From assembly GCA_950097015.1 (NCBI GenBank), contig CATNEN010000014.1, forward strand, positions 1,922,001 through 1,986,000: a DNA stretch of 64,000 nt. Direction: 5' to 3'. Shown here in pieces: positions 37,344 to 52,004 of the stretch. The stretch comes from Macrostomum hystrix. Its lineage: Eukaryota > Animalia > Platyhelminthes. Every line of letters begins with the position of its first letter. The stretch's first letter is position 1. The notes under the pieces were generated by a model, which did no database searches, was not told the origin of the DNA, and saw only the letters and a list, made by a program, of their open reading frames with translations. A program made the position numbers and the translations under genes.

Positions 37344-38927
37344 GCGGCTGTCTCTCCCTCTCGGCCTCTTCTAGTCTGACAGCACTCACGCGGCTGCGGC
37401 CCTCAGCCTCAATCTCTTCCCGACCTCGCGACAGTCGTCCGACCCGTCTCACCTCTTCCTCCCTCTCGGCTCCCATTTCCCTCAAGACCGGTCCGCGCGC
37501 ACGCGTCGGAGCTCTCCGCAAAAACAAAATCCCCTCCACCCCGTCCAATGGGATTTCTGAGAGGCTTGCCTCCTCATCTCCTCTCTTCCTCATTTTTTCT
37601 TGTTCGCGAGCGCGCGCCGGCAAAAAAAGGAGGAGAGAGTGGGATGAGATGGAATCCAGGGGCGACGGCTTTGGAGCGGCGCTAGCGCAGAAGAAAATGA
37701 GAAGGACAGACAGGACGCTGCCGAGATGGGAGAAAATACGAGTAGACACGGAGCTGCCTTGGCTCGCGTCACCGCAGCCCCCGACAGGGATTATCCGGCT
37801 GAGCCTTCCGCTCCCTCTCGTCGTCAGTGCCTGCAGCAGCTGGCCGTGGCCGTCCCCCGAGAGGCATGGCCATGGACTTGGTCGGGCACGGAGTCCCTTG
37901 CTTGAGTGTCCACTTGATGACTGCAGGCGGAGCTGACAAGCTTGCAAGCCTGACTCTATGCCCTGATACTGAACATTGGCGAACATTGGCGAAAGGCAGA
38001 AGTAATAATCGTAATTAACAAACAAGCAACTTTGTTAACAAGTCAGTTTGCCTGACACTCAAATCACTGCATTGCAAAAAGGGCAGCTAGTGTCGGCAAG
38101 TTGTACTTAGCCATGACTGCAGTGTACACAGCACTGTAAAGAGTTCGCACTGCATCTGCCACTGACTGCCAGCCTGCACCAACCCATGAAATCCTATATT
38201 GGGCGCACATCCTGCTGGCGTTAATCTGATTAGGACTCTGACGCATGCCTCGCTCATTTCCATATGTGAACTTCATGCACTGAGCTCATCGATTTGTGCA
38301 GCATCCGGGGACCTCATATCCCTAATAACTTGGGTTTTCAGCCTAGCACCCCTTCGAGTCCCGATGGACTGCAGCCTTTGAGGCACTTTTAGTACTTTTG
38401 CAGCGCTTGCGTATCTAAAGAAGAACCTATTCGCAAGTTTGGAAGATAATAGTTACATTTGTGTTTCTGAAATGATTTTTTGCGTACTATAAGTAAAATA
38501 TAGTGTGATAAGATTTTTTACATTGTGTGAAAAAACAATAACTAAAGTGAAGAGAAAAGCGAAATTCAACTTGCAGCATTTGATTTAATTAGAGTAACGA
38601 AGCGTTTCGCGCAACAGTGTGCGATTTGTTCCGGTGTGCTGCTGCAGTATAACAAATACTAAAAAGCTCACGACTCTTCCTAAAATTAATCACATAAAGC
38701 TTTTATATGCAAATAAAGAATCCTGTCGTTTTTTTATATTCCACAGGCCCTTGCAGCTTCTGGTCAACTTAATATTCTTGTTGACGGATCTGTTCGTTTA
38801 TCCTTTGACAGTGTACTAGCTTACTAATTTTCTAGGTCTTAAGGATCTCAATAATTTTCAATATCAATACTGTGATTAAGTAGCGCGCTTTTAAGTACAG
38901 AAATTACTAGTAAGTTGTATTTATATC

Positions 38928-41900
38928 ATGGGTGCTTCTACAAGGCGTCTTCAAAAGGTACGTTTTGAGGGAAGCGACAGCTTGGGCCTTTTTAGTTTGG
39001 TTTATATAATATATATAGTATAGTACAGTACCTTGTTTATGACCAGTTTTATTCTGGCAGATGCTTTCTCGTTTTTATTAACTATATTTTAGCTAGCATC
39101 ATTCAAATGGATAACAGCTTTAATATAAAAATGAAGAAAAAAAATTATTTTGTCTTTTTAAACTCTTAAAATATACATCTAGGCAATATATACGGAATCT
39201 TCCCATATTTAATTGGAACTTGGAAGTGCTTATTCCTACAGTCCCATGCTAATAATTTCAATTTTATCCACACGGATCCATGCCGATGATTCTCTGCCTA
39301 TCCACATGGCAGCTTGTTTTGCCGATAACTTTAAGAACTTAAAGCACATATTTTACAGGAACTGTGTAGCAATTTTCATGTAGGCCCTACTAGGCCTATA
39401 TTCTACAACTGGCCATACATGTTTTCCAGAACCTGCAGTACCTGTAGTAGTGCCTCTTTTAATTACAAGCAATGTACATGTTAAATTTCAAATAATCATT
39501 AATTTCAAATAATATGTAACGTTGCTAACAATCGCATGAGAAATCGCAAAAGATTTAGTAAGTTTTTATTGCAATAATTAAAAAAGATAGCATTAATGTT
39601 GGTTCATGAATGTGTAGGTCGAAATGTAGAACACTGTTGTAACACACTGGCAACTTTGTCAATCTATTGGCTCGAGGGTTCAACAAAATGTTCAAACCTG
39701 AAAGGGCCTTGTTTCAGGCCTAGGATATATAGGATTCATACAAGCTGCCATGTGGATAAGCAGAAAATTATCGGCACAGATCCGTGTGGATAAAATTGAA
39801 ATTATCGGCATGGGACCGTGGGAATAAGCCCTGCCTATTTAATCAGCTAGTCTACAGGCGCATTACCAAAAAAGTAACTGTGATGGTAGTAGGCCTATCG
39901 ATTGTAACTGACCACTTGGTAGCAAAATGAGTAACAAAGAACTGAGAATAGTAATGGTTGTTACTTTATGTCTTTTGCACTTTACCATAAATATCTTATT
40001 CTTTTATGTTTTTTGTAATTATTATAATTATTTATGTTTAGTCCCTTATATGACTCAAAATTTTAATCTAGATGAAGCCATAAAGTTAAAAGGGCCCAAA
40101 GTTAGGAGTTATGTGGATTTTAGAGTTTAAATCACAGGGCTTTTTAAACTTTAATCCTATGAAAAACCTTAGGTTTTCCATTCAACTTAAAACTTTAACA
40201 ATTGTCTTCTACTAAGACAGTGTATTGTTGACTGACTATCTTTTATAAGTTTGTAGCTTGCCTATGGGCCGTATCTTAAAAAACTATATGTAAAGCAATT
40301 AGTACAAATTCGCTTATATTTATACTTTTTGTGAGAAAAAAAGATTTTATTTATCATTATTCATCACAATAAGAGCTTCATTTCAAGAATGTAGTTTTTT
40401 GTTGTCATTATTTATCATTGTCTTTCTGAATAATTCAGATATATTTGAATGACCTCAAAAAGTCCTTAGACACTAAGATAGTCCCTATAATGAAATGTAT
40501 TAATATTTAATTGGTCTGATGTCTCAATTAAAGTTTAATCATTGTTATTTTTCACAATTTTTATCTGACCCAATACCTTTCAATCACCATGTCCATGTCC
40601 CACTTAGTGAGGTATTCCTATAATTGCAAAAGGCCTTGTATATACGTATCAGGGTCCCTACTAAAGCCTTTAGGCTAAAGGCCATCTAATTATAATTATG
40701 AGTAATCTTCAATAGGTCATTTATAGGCCTACTAAAACTGGAACTATTTTATATGATTAAAGAAGAAGCTCGAATCTCAGCCCATGCAAAACTATTATGT
40801 CCCTGAGCAAGAAAATTAATAGCTCGTAAACTTAACAAGCTTTTAAACCAGAATAAGGTGGGGTAAAAATTTGGATGATTGATGGCCCTCAGTCGATGGA
40901 CTGGATGGCTGTACTCAACCCATTGAAGTGCCACACATTAGCTGAACTAGCCATATGCCTATGCTCATTCTCATCATAGGAGCTGGCAGAGATCACCAAG
41001 TCCGAGGCGTTGCAGCGTGTCTTTCGCGATGTGCAAGCCAGCGAGACCAACATCCTGTCCTGGAGCGGCCTGATAGTGCCGGAGAATGCGCCGTATAGCA
41101 AGGGCGCCTTTCGCATTCAGATCGAATTCCCGGTGGAGTATCCGTTCAAGCCGCCCAAGGTCACCTTCAAAACCAAGATCTATCACCCGAACGTGGACGA
41201 GAAGGGCCAGGTGTGCCTGCCTATCATCAACCCGGAAAACTGGAAGCCGGCGACCAAGACTGAGCAGGGTGAGCACATTACCTTTTGATTGCCAAAATTT
41301 ACTGTGCTTTTGTCTTGAAACGCAGAAAATATGCACTTCACCTAAAAAATCAGTTTCTAGATCTGAGATAACAATTTCTATATCTCAGATAAAAAATTCG
41401 ACAGATCTAGGATTATGGTTTCTAGATCTAGGATTATGGTTTCTAGATCTAGGATTATGGTTTCTAGATCTAGGATTATGATTTCTAGATCTAGGATTAT
41501 GGTTTCTAGATCTGGGATTGTGGTTTCTAGATCTGGGATTACTTGTTTCTAGATCTGGGATTGCGGTTTCTAGATCTGGGATTGTGGTTTCTAGATCTGG
41601 GATTATGGTTTCTAGATCTGGGATTGCGGTTTCAAGATCTGGGATTACTTGTTTCTAGATCTGGGATTATGGTTTCTAGATCTGGGATTGCGGTTTCAAG
41701 ATCTGGGATTACTTGTTTCTAGATCTGGGATTATGGTATCTAATAGTAAGAAATTGGACAAGTGGATCCCAGATCTATTAATTAATAGTCTCTGAGGGTT
41801 TCTAGTCTCTGAGATTCAAATGATGGGATCAGTTTATAGATCCGGGATAGCAAAGATTTATTACTTGAGATGTTTTGCAATCGTGCTCACTCATGCTATC

Positions 41901-42066
41901 CCTGGCCCCAGTGGTGCAAGCCCTGGTGGCGCTGGTGCACGACCCGGAGCCAGAGAATCCGCTTCGAGGCGACCTGGCCGAGGAATTCCTGCGCGACAAG
42001 AAGAAGTTCATGAAGAACGCCGAGGAATTCACCAGGAAGAACGCCGAGCCGCGACCGTCAGACTAG
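38928..42066 (+). CDS. UBE2L3: Ubiquitin-conjugating enzyme E2 L3 (UbcH7), 3 exons (38928-38957, 40980-41268, 41912-42066), 157 aa
   Basis: [10 protein letters not shown]|ELAEI...[27 protein letters not shown]...[10 protein letters not shown]|VVQAL; catalytic Cys and HPN motif present; phases consistent. Confidence 0.93.
39228..39833. mobile_element. MITE-like element with 90-bp inverted repeats in UBE2L3 intron 1
   Basis: 39228-39317 versus the reverse complement of 39740-39829: 81/90 identical. Right end reads ...AAGCCCTG (hAT-like CAGGG terminus); left terminus eroded; no TSD found. Confidence 0.7.
41395..41740. repeat. 21-bp minisatellite (TCTAGATCTAGGATTATGGTT), UBE2L3 intron 2
   Basis: Directly visible. 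Confidence 0.93.
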
Positions 42067-43275
42067 TCGTCCGGGCAGACGGCGGCCAGGCTGGATGGAT
42101 TGGACACTTTTCTTACTAAATGAAATGCTTAACTGGCTGATTTTGTACAGCGGAACCAGGAACTGCCATTTCAGAATAAACTTTTGCTTTGGGGAGCGAG
42201 TCAAAAACCCGACTGCTGCACTTTGAGCGGTGTTCGGGTGTGTTGAATGTAATTTCCATAGCTTTAGGTTATATTCTTTTATCTGAAGGTTTGCCTTTCT
42301 TACCTAATAAGCTAATTAAATATACTTTTCGTCACACATTTCTCACATCTATTTTGTTGCTTGGGGACTATTGGCAGAAAGTAGGTTCTGATCTGGTCGG
42401 TTCAGTTTCAATCACAATCAACCTCGTTTGTTTGAATTTGCGCCACTATTTCGTTTAAACAAACAAGCAGGACCAGATGCGCTAATCTAAACAGCGACAG
42501 TGCGTCCCACAGATTAATGTTAGTCAGTGTGTTATTACCCAAATCTAACAATCTTCTGTCTTATTTTGTACTCCAGTTTCATTTTTATATAATAATTTTT
42601 TTATAATTATTTCAATTAACAAATTATTTGCTTTCGTCTGCTTCACCGGCGAAGCCAATTTAAAAGCGTGAATATTCCAAATTGTGTTCGACTCAACCAA
42701 GGCTAATATAGAAGCTGCGATTTCACTATTTGAAGATGGCACTCGTGCTGCCAGTCTGTTGGGCATAATCAACTATTCGATGCTGATGCTGCTGTTAAAA
42801 ATAATAAGTTCGTTGGGCTTTTCGTTTTCCGTGAATTCTGATTCGTTTCTGAGCTGTTTCATAGTGCTGACTAGCTGTCCTGCAAAAGGAATCAATCGGA
42901 GAAAATCTGAAACCTATTGACTAAGCCAGATTTAGTTCCAATAAAACAAAACTCATATAGCTTTCAAGAATTTTTTATTAGCTAAATGTTGCGTCATGTA
43001 CGATAATTTTTTTCGGCTTTTTTATTAGAAATAGAAAATCTATTTTTAAACAAAGCGAGAGTTATGTGCCACAGCCGCAGCCAATGGCACGCTCGCAAGG
43101 GGTAGAAAAAAAACCTGGCTGTCACAGCGCTCTGCATAAGCCTTACACAAGCAGCCCGGGCCCAGCCAATCGTGGCCAAGCGCGCGCCCGAGAGAGAATC
43201 GAGGGTATTCTATTGGCTACATGACGACAATTTGGAACAGGTGAAATTGCGGTCAAAGCTTATTATTCAAAAGCC

Positions 43276-45931
43276 TCAGGCCGCTCGTTGTACGGCCCTG
43301 AGCCAGTCCGCGAGTCTCCGCACAGCTGAGTGCGTCGGCTCGCAGTGCCTGGCCGTAAAGTCTGCCGGCAGTGGGTCTGACGGTGCCGCCTCCTCCAGCT
43401 CCAATACCGACCGCAGCGCAGAGGCGCCGTCGAACTCCACGAAGCAGAGCCGAACGGTGAGCTCCCGCTCGGGGCGCAGGAAGGCCGGCCCGGCCGGCAT
43501 GAGCGCCACCCCGGTGTCTGCCAGGATTCGCTCGCACATCGCCGCTCCCGTCGGCTCAACGTCGCCCAGCAGGCGTCGAAGACCCTCGCGAGCCACCTGG
43601 AAGGTGTTCGCCGAAAATTGGGACTAAAATGATTGGTTCCTTTTATGAGGCAAATACAGGATGGTGCTTGGAAACGAATGCTATTTGATTGCCATTTTTT
43701 CGTGAAAATCTGACTTAAATGAATTTTCCAAGAAACGAAGTTTCCCGTCCTAGTGGTCCTTGGCGCTACCTAAAGAAAAAATTCAGAAAAAAATTATCAC
43801 AATAGAAATGGAAGGAATTGGTCATGACAGCAGTGGAAGAGCTTTTGTCGGTTTCCACAGCAGTGGAAGAGATTGGTCATGACAGCAGTGGAAGAGATTG
43901 GTCATGACAGCAGTGGAAGAGATTGGTCATGACAGCAGTGGAAGAGATTGGTCATGACTGCAGTGGAAGAGATTGGTCATGACTGCAGTGGAAGAGATTG
44001 TTCATGACTGCAGTGGAAGAGATTGGTCATGACTGCAGTGGAAGAGATTGGTCATGACAGCAGTGGAAGAGCTTTTGTCGGTTTCCACAGCAGTGGAAGA
44101 GATTGGTCATGACAGCAGTGGAAGAGATTGGTCATGACAGCAGTGGAAGAGATTGGTCATGACTGCAGTGGAAGAGATTGGTCATGACAGCAGTGGAAGA
44201 GATTGGTCATGACTGCAGTGGAAGAGATTGGTCATGACTGCAGTGGAAGAGATTGGTCATGACAGCAGTGGAAGAGATTGGTCATGACTGCAGTGGAAGA
44301 GATTGGTCATGACTGCAGTGGAAGAGATTGGTCATGACAGCAGTGGAAGAGCTTTTGTCGGTTTCCACAGCAGTGGAAGAGATTGGTCATGACTGCAGTG
44401 GAAGAGATTGGTCATGACTGCAGTGGAAGAGATTGGTCATGACTGCAGTGGAAGAGATTGTTTATGACTGCAGTGGAAGAGATTGGTCATGACTGCAGTG
44501 GAAGAGATTGGTCATGACTGCAGTGGAAGAGATTGGTCATGACTGCAGTGGAAGAGATTGGTCATGACAGCAGTGGAAGAGATTGGTCACGACAGCAGTG
44601 GAAGAGCTTTTGTCGGTCCCAAGGATCGCCCATTCGAAGACCGTCACCTCGAAGTCCGGCAGCAGGTAGAAGCCGCCGCCGGCGGGAAGGACTTCAGCGC
44701 CGGCCTCCTCCAGCTGGCGCTCGCAGTGGCGCGCCAGAGCGGCGAGGACTCGGCAGCAGCGCCTGGAATGCGCCGCGGCTTCGGCCGGGTCTGCCAGCAG
44801 GGCCAGGGCGGCCTGCTGCACGGGGGCAGCGCAGCAGGAGTAGGTGTGCGTGGCCGCGCTGGCCACGGCTCGCCGCACAGCCTCCAGCTGGCGGGGGAAC
44901 AAAGCGTAGCCCAGCCGCCAGCCGCCGGCGCCGGCCCACTTGGACAGGCCGCTGGTCACAATGGTGGCCTCCGGGTAGTGCCGGGCCAGGCTGCGGTGCC
45001 CGGCCGGGTGGAAGTTCAGCCTGGCGTAGATCTCGTCAGACACCACCAGGAAGCGCTCGCGCCTCAGGAAGGAGGCCAGTGCGGCCAACTCGGAGCTGCG
45101 GGTCCGGAGCTGCGATTTTCAGTCTTTACCTGGCCATAGCATTTTCTGTGGAGGAACAGTAACTGGTGGATCTCATTATGTTGGTCAACAACAAATTGAT
45201 CTCATTGCGGTGGGTCAGTAACGGATAGATCTGAGTGATGGTCATTGCGTGAGATCCCAATTCGATTTGATCAAATTCTGGGTCGCTACTAGGTTTTTGC
45301 GGAAGTGTGAAAGTACAATCTCGGATAATGATTCACCATGCGTGTACATCTGCGAGGTCACTCACTCGCTGTACACCTGTCCCGTGGGGTTGTCCGGGTT
45401 GGTGATCACCAGCAGCCTGTGGGGGTCCGGGGTCAGCCTGGCCGCGATGATCTCCGGGCAGATCTTCCAGCCGGTTGCCGCCGTCAGCTCGAGCGGCACG
45501 CACGGCCGGCCGCTCAGCAGAGTCTGCGGCCTGTAAGTGGTCCAGCTGGGCGCCCCGATGTACACGGTGCCCCGGAACACCGTCATGATGAGGAAGATCA
45601 GCTCCTTGCTGCCGGGTCCGCAGACGACGGCATCGGCGGTGAAAACGCCTGGGTCCAGGTCGTCCAGCTGGTGGTGAAAGTCCGCGGCCGCCTTGCGCAG
45701 CTCCGCAATGCCGCAGGCCGGCAGGTAGCGGCCGTCCGCCGCGTGCTGCCGAAGACGGTCAACGGCCGGCTGCGGGATCGGGAAGGGCGACTGACCGAAG
45801 CCCAGGTTGACGATGGCCTCGCCGGCGGCCTGGCGCCCCCGGATGACGTCATTCTGGGACAGGTTGCTGGCCGGAGAGTAGCCGCTCAGCTCAGCTCGGA
45901 GCAGACCCTGCGCGGCGAGGGTGCATGGCAA
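43276..45931 (-). CDS. PLP-dependent class I/II aminotransferase, prokaryote-type aspartate aminotransferase-like, 3 exons (45366-45931, 44648-45095, 43276-43596), 444 aa
   Basis: Motifs LGFGQSPF, GPGSKE, PSWTTY, NPDNPTG, SDEIY, SGLSKW (PLP lysine), GWRLG, GGFY, VRLCF; GT-AG introns in phases 2 and 0. Confidence 0.88.
43820..44610. repeat. 25-bp minisatellite (GGTCATGACAGCAGTGGAAGAGATT), aminotransferase intron 2
   Basis: Directly visible, with a recurring longer variant unit. Confidence 0.95.
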
Positions 45932-47011
45932 CTGGCTGCTAAGGAAACGGAGGATGTCTGATGTTCTGAATTCGGGTGTGGGTGCTTGGACTTGGTGAGC
46001 GGCGGAGTCACATGACTGCCGAATAATCCTACCCCGCGGGACTATTACTGAATACTTAGCTGAGCAACTTGCAGAGCAGACAATTAGATGAAGGCCTCCT
46101 AATCTCGCCAGTGCAAGCTAATGACGCAATGGGCCAGATGCTAGGTGGGGATTGTCAATTGAGCTACCTGGGGACTCTTTACACTTTTGGCTTGGTCCAA
46201 AAACAAAATCACTCGATTCGGATACCACCGCGTCAAATTATTTTAAGTTGTCACACCTGCTGAGATATAAAAAAATTCAGTCCAAATTGAAAAGATGTGG
46301 AACTAATATTTGTCAAATTTCATAATGTTGTGAATTTTTATAGAACTTTCTACATACGGGTTCAGAAAAGTTTGTAAATCAAACTCATCGGAGCAGTTGT
46401 GAGTTCATTGTGTAAAAGACAATTGAACCAAATGAACTCTTCCCAGCCTGTAGCCAGGCAGCTTACTCACAGAACCAAAGTCTTGAAACATTTCGGCAGC
46501 GGTGGAGTCAGTCTCGTCAGGCCTGGTGTTGGCGAGAGGCTTCTCAAAATGAGCGGTGCTGAAGTGCAGTTGTTGCTCAGTGTGCCAAGTGGGCCTAAAA
46601 TACATGTGCCCTGCCACACCTTATCTCTTAATTATCTCCACCTATTCTGGCATATCCATGCTAGCAATGAACTCACGGGGGCTGCTCAAATCTAGGCTGA
46701 CTCAAATTGCTTATCAACAGGAAGAGCGACCACTGACGCCATTTTTCTACAGGTGTCACGAGCAAGCCAATGAGCTTTGCATTCTGCGACAAAAGAATTG
46801 AGTCTAAATTGATAGGAAAGACTCAGTTCGATATTAGGCATACACTTTACTTATTATTACCATCACGATTTCTCTGTTCTATTTGCTACAGTTAACATTA
46901 GGACGCGAAACATAAAATTATTATCAATTAGCGGTAATAAACAATAAAATCATTATTTGAATGTAAATTAATTTTACATTCCCAGCTGCAATTAACAATT
47001 AGCTGATATCT

Positions 47012-47420
47012 CTGTACTGACTGCAGAAATGACATGCTCAGGCCTGTACTGACTGCAGAAATGACACGCTCAGGCCTGTACTGACTGCAGAAATGACACG
47101 CTCAGACCTGTACTGACTGCAGAAATGACATGCTCAGGCCTGTACTGACTGCAGAAATGACATGCTCAGGCCTGTACTGACTGCAGAAATGACACGCTCA
47201 GACCTGTACTGACTGCAGAAATGACATGCTCAGGCCTGTACTGACTGCAGAAATGACACGCTCAGACCTGTACTGACTGCAGAAATGACATGCTCAGGCC
47301 TGTACTGACTGCAGAAAAGACATGCTCAGGCCTGTACTGACTGCAGAAATGACATGCTCAGGCCTGTACTGACTGCAGAAATGACATGCTCAGGCCTGTA
47401 CTGACTGCAGAAAAGACATG
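47012..47420. repeat. 32-bp minisatellite, ~13 copies
   Basis: Unit CTGTACTGACTGCAGAAATGACATGCTCAGGC. Confidence 0.95.
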
Positions 47421-47774
47421 TGAGTTCCACAGGAAGCAAACAGACAATATTGCGAGCACTGAAGAGTCGTACAGTATGTTCGAGGTTAAAATTTAATTCT
47501 GAATCGACACAATTAGTGAGGGGAGGTTGCGATAGTTAAAAAAGAGCTGGTAGGGATAAAAAGCAGGTCAGAAGTGGCTGACAGCGCACTGTGCTCAGCC
47601 AAGAGCAACTGCTCAGCCCAGTAACTACAGTAGATTATGTTTATTTGTTCATTGAAAGAGACGCACGAATTGAAGAAAATGTTCACTGCAGATGTACTTT
47701 TATCTACGGTTTAATATACAAGCCGAAAGCCGTTGGCTCCAGCAATTCTGGAGAGCCAAGAATCGGACAGCCAA

Positions 47775-48747
<973 letters not shown>

Positions 48748-50665
48748 TCAGTGACGGTGCTCCAGGTGCTGGCTGTCCCTGCTGGCTTGTGCTGTAATGG
48801 CAGAGGCTGGATCACTAGATAAACAAGCTTTAATTCAAACAGCCATGTTTATTGGCAGTAGTCACAAGCTGCATACTTAAATAAAAACTTACTTAGATAT
48901 ATAACAATGATTGCCACTTATTGCTGCTTATTTAAAAAAACATCTGAAAAATTGAAAAATGTTACATAAGCAGATAGCTGCAAATATATATTAATACAGG
49001 TACAAGCCTAGCACAAGCTAGATCTATAAAATTTCTAAAGCATTTAAATGTAAAACAATATATGTAGGGACAAGCTATCTAGCCATATCAATATAGCTTT
49101 ATTAATTGTTTAGCTACAACCTATATTCAATTTAAAGTACAAGATCTTTTGTCTATTGTTAACTGTATTGGGAAATTGCTTCTATAAGATTTAAATATTA
49201 TCTAAACAAGCTAAAAGAGTTTATTAAAGTTATAAGTTATAAGTTACAATAATTATTTTATAGCAACTACAAAGAACTATATTGCATGTTATTAACTGTG
49301 TCAGGAAATTGCTTCTTTACCTAATTGATATGTAACTAAACAAAAACCAACAAAATATTAGATGCTAGCTCTAAAAGTCAGGCAAGCAACATCAGATGGG
49401 GTGCTGCAGAGCCAACAGAACATGGTTCATGCCAGTGGCAGTGTCAGACACCCAGCATTGCCCAGCAAGTAGTTGACGTAGCAGGGGGTCCAATCCAGGC
49501 CATGCCTGAACAGGCCCTGTATGGTGAGCAGCAGGACATCATAGGCAGGCTGGTAGCAGTAACACAGATTGTAATATTACATTAACAAGCTAATATAGTT
49601 AACTTTTAGGACAATCAATGATAGAATGTTTTTGTCAAATCAACTACTTTTCATTCTTTAAACAATTATAATCATATTTTTTAATGCAAATAACTAAAAC
49701 TAAAAGCAAATTTGTAGTTATTAATTTAAATATATAAAAAAATTGTTAAATGCCTCAACCTTCATAGTTTAACTTTGTTGGCTAGGCAAAAAGTAATTTG
49801 GCCTAGCTATAATAGCCTTTTATTTTTTACTGGCATACTCATTATTTCTTTCTATGTATAATATTGACAATAGGCCAATAACATTTAGGATTTATTCTGT
49901 CTTTTGTCTTGCTAATAATTGTCTAGCTATCTAGTATCCAACTAAGCTTTTGACACAAGTTTCACATTTTTATTGAATTTTTTATATGTCCTGACCTGAT
50001 TGTATCAAGCAATTTTATATGTTTTCACATAAGACGTTTTTCTTTTATTTATTATAGCCACAGGTCTCGCTACTTACTTAGTAAAAATCACTTAGCTATG
50101 TTCAATCAAACCATCAGTCAGATTATTTTATCATATTTTAAGTAGTAAACAGCAATCGAATTGATTCCTTTTAAGTCTACTATGTAGCTTCCTACGTCCT
50201 AAGGCTAAGATTTAATAATTGCTGATAAATTCAAGGACCACTAGAAGAAGAGCTGGTGGTCCTTGTTCTTCTTCTTCTAGTGGTCCTTGGATAAATTACG
50301 TCGAAAATCGCGATAAAAAAGATATTTCGTTTTCCCGCCGTACAACAGCTGTTAAAAGTGGTATAACAATTTTAGAACTCTTTGACCTAACAAAAATACA
50401 TAATCCCAAATACTGGTAGCACTACACTAGTTTTAACACCTGTAATGAACCTCATTTGTAAAGCATAGGAAGGATTACGTATTTAGTATTACTTCACAAA
50501 GTCACAAATGCTCCTAAGGAGCATTTCGAAACGCGAGTTTTTTTATTCACTACTTTATTTACTAATAAATTCCCTGAAGAAGCAGGATGCGCTTGGCGCG
50601 TCCGCTGGCCAACCACTACCCTGCGTGTTTTGCGATAGAGCGACACTTCGACGGTGATGACGTCA

Positions 50666-51010
50666 TTATAGCGACGATAGCGGAGTAAGGAGTCTATGAT
50701 GCGCTCTGAACCATTCTTTGAGACCTTTTGCCTCTTCCAGAAAGTTCGGATTTAAAATACAGAGAGCAGTGCTGCAGGTGAGCGACAGCCCACCGTAATC
50801 GCACGCTCGTGCGCCTTTGATAGCCAGCACCTGGCCAATTGTCCAGCCAGTCACTTGTGCAGCGCTTTCACCCCAGAAGGTGCACTTCCGATCATGTCAA
50901 TATAATTTGCGATTTTCTACGCATCTCTCCCTTCCGCGTGGCTATGATCCTCGGCTGCGCTCCTCGGCTGCTCGACTTCAACTATGACGCCTATGATGTC
51001 GACTATGACT
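50666..51010 (-). pseudogene. RPA1: RPA1 (RPA70) DNA-binding domain B fragment, disrupted
   Basis: Across frames: IVDIIGVIVEVEQPR / IIATRKGEMRRKSQIILT* / CTFWGESAAQVTGWTIGQVLAIKGARACDYGGLSL...NPNFLEEAKGLKEWF, resembling RPA70 (VDIIG...TLWGE...VLAIKGARVSDFGGRSL...NPDIPEAYKLRGWF). A 13-nt duplication at 50948-50971, a TGA at 50892-50894 and a second frameshift disrupt it. Confidence 0.72.
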
Positions 51011-52004
51011 CGGATGTTGGGGGAAAACAGAGCTACACGGTAGAGAAAGTAAACACTTTGAAAACCTTCTGAAAACCTTTAAATTCTCTGTCTTGAAATT
51101 TAAAGCAACGTCGAGGACTTTGTCCCATAGCAAATTTAAAGACAACTGCCTTCGGCGACAATTGCAATACATTTATGCTCTTTCCTACGTGGTAGTAAAC
51201 GAATTTTATCAACCAAGAAAGTAGTATTGTACAAAAGTTTATTGTTGTTTTGAATTTTCAATTTACAAATAGTTACTATAGCTGTGCGCATGCCATTGTC
51301 GTGCTATCGCACCGGAAGGCGTCGGAGCATTTTTACGTATTATGCGATGTTGCGATCGCGCCGTAGCATCTGCGTCTGCGTCTGATTTTTTGCATCTGCT
51401 AATAATGGGTAGTTTCGAGACAAGAATTTTGCTCAATGCACGAGTCGCGTTTCAGATCTTCTCGAGCGCGAGCGCCAAGGCATCCCAAAAAATGCCTGGA
51501 ATTGCCAAAACCGACACGCCACGTCGAAAAATAAGATGCCAGACGATTGTCTTTGATTCTGATTGTCTATAGCGCGCTTACATTCCGCTAATTGAAAAAT
51601 TGTACCTGCTGTAATACGAAAGCATGGATGCTCATGGAGACGAACGAAAAGCTGTGCCCATCAAAGAGAGGACCACTCTCTGACTGGGACAGTCCAGGTC
51701 CTGAGTACTCCTGACCCATCTAACACTCTGGCGACGCTGCGAGAGTTCACTTGCGCCTCTCGCACCTCGGTCCCTAAGTTCGATTCCACGGCGCGGCCAC
51801 ACTTATTTGGGGTGCAGCCGCGGAGAGAAGGCTTGAGGGCTTGTCGTGCAATTTATGCCCTTGAGGGCCAACCTCCAAGGCACAGTGGAATGTACACTGC
51901 CTGACGATGAGAAAGTCAGGGCAGATGTACACACCTGTGTGAGCGTATGCCTGCGTACAGTATCTGTGTGCGTGTCTGCTCAGGAGTCAGCGAAATGGGT
52001 AGAG

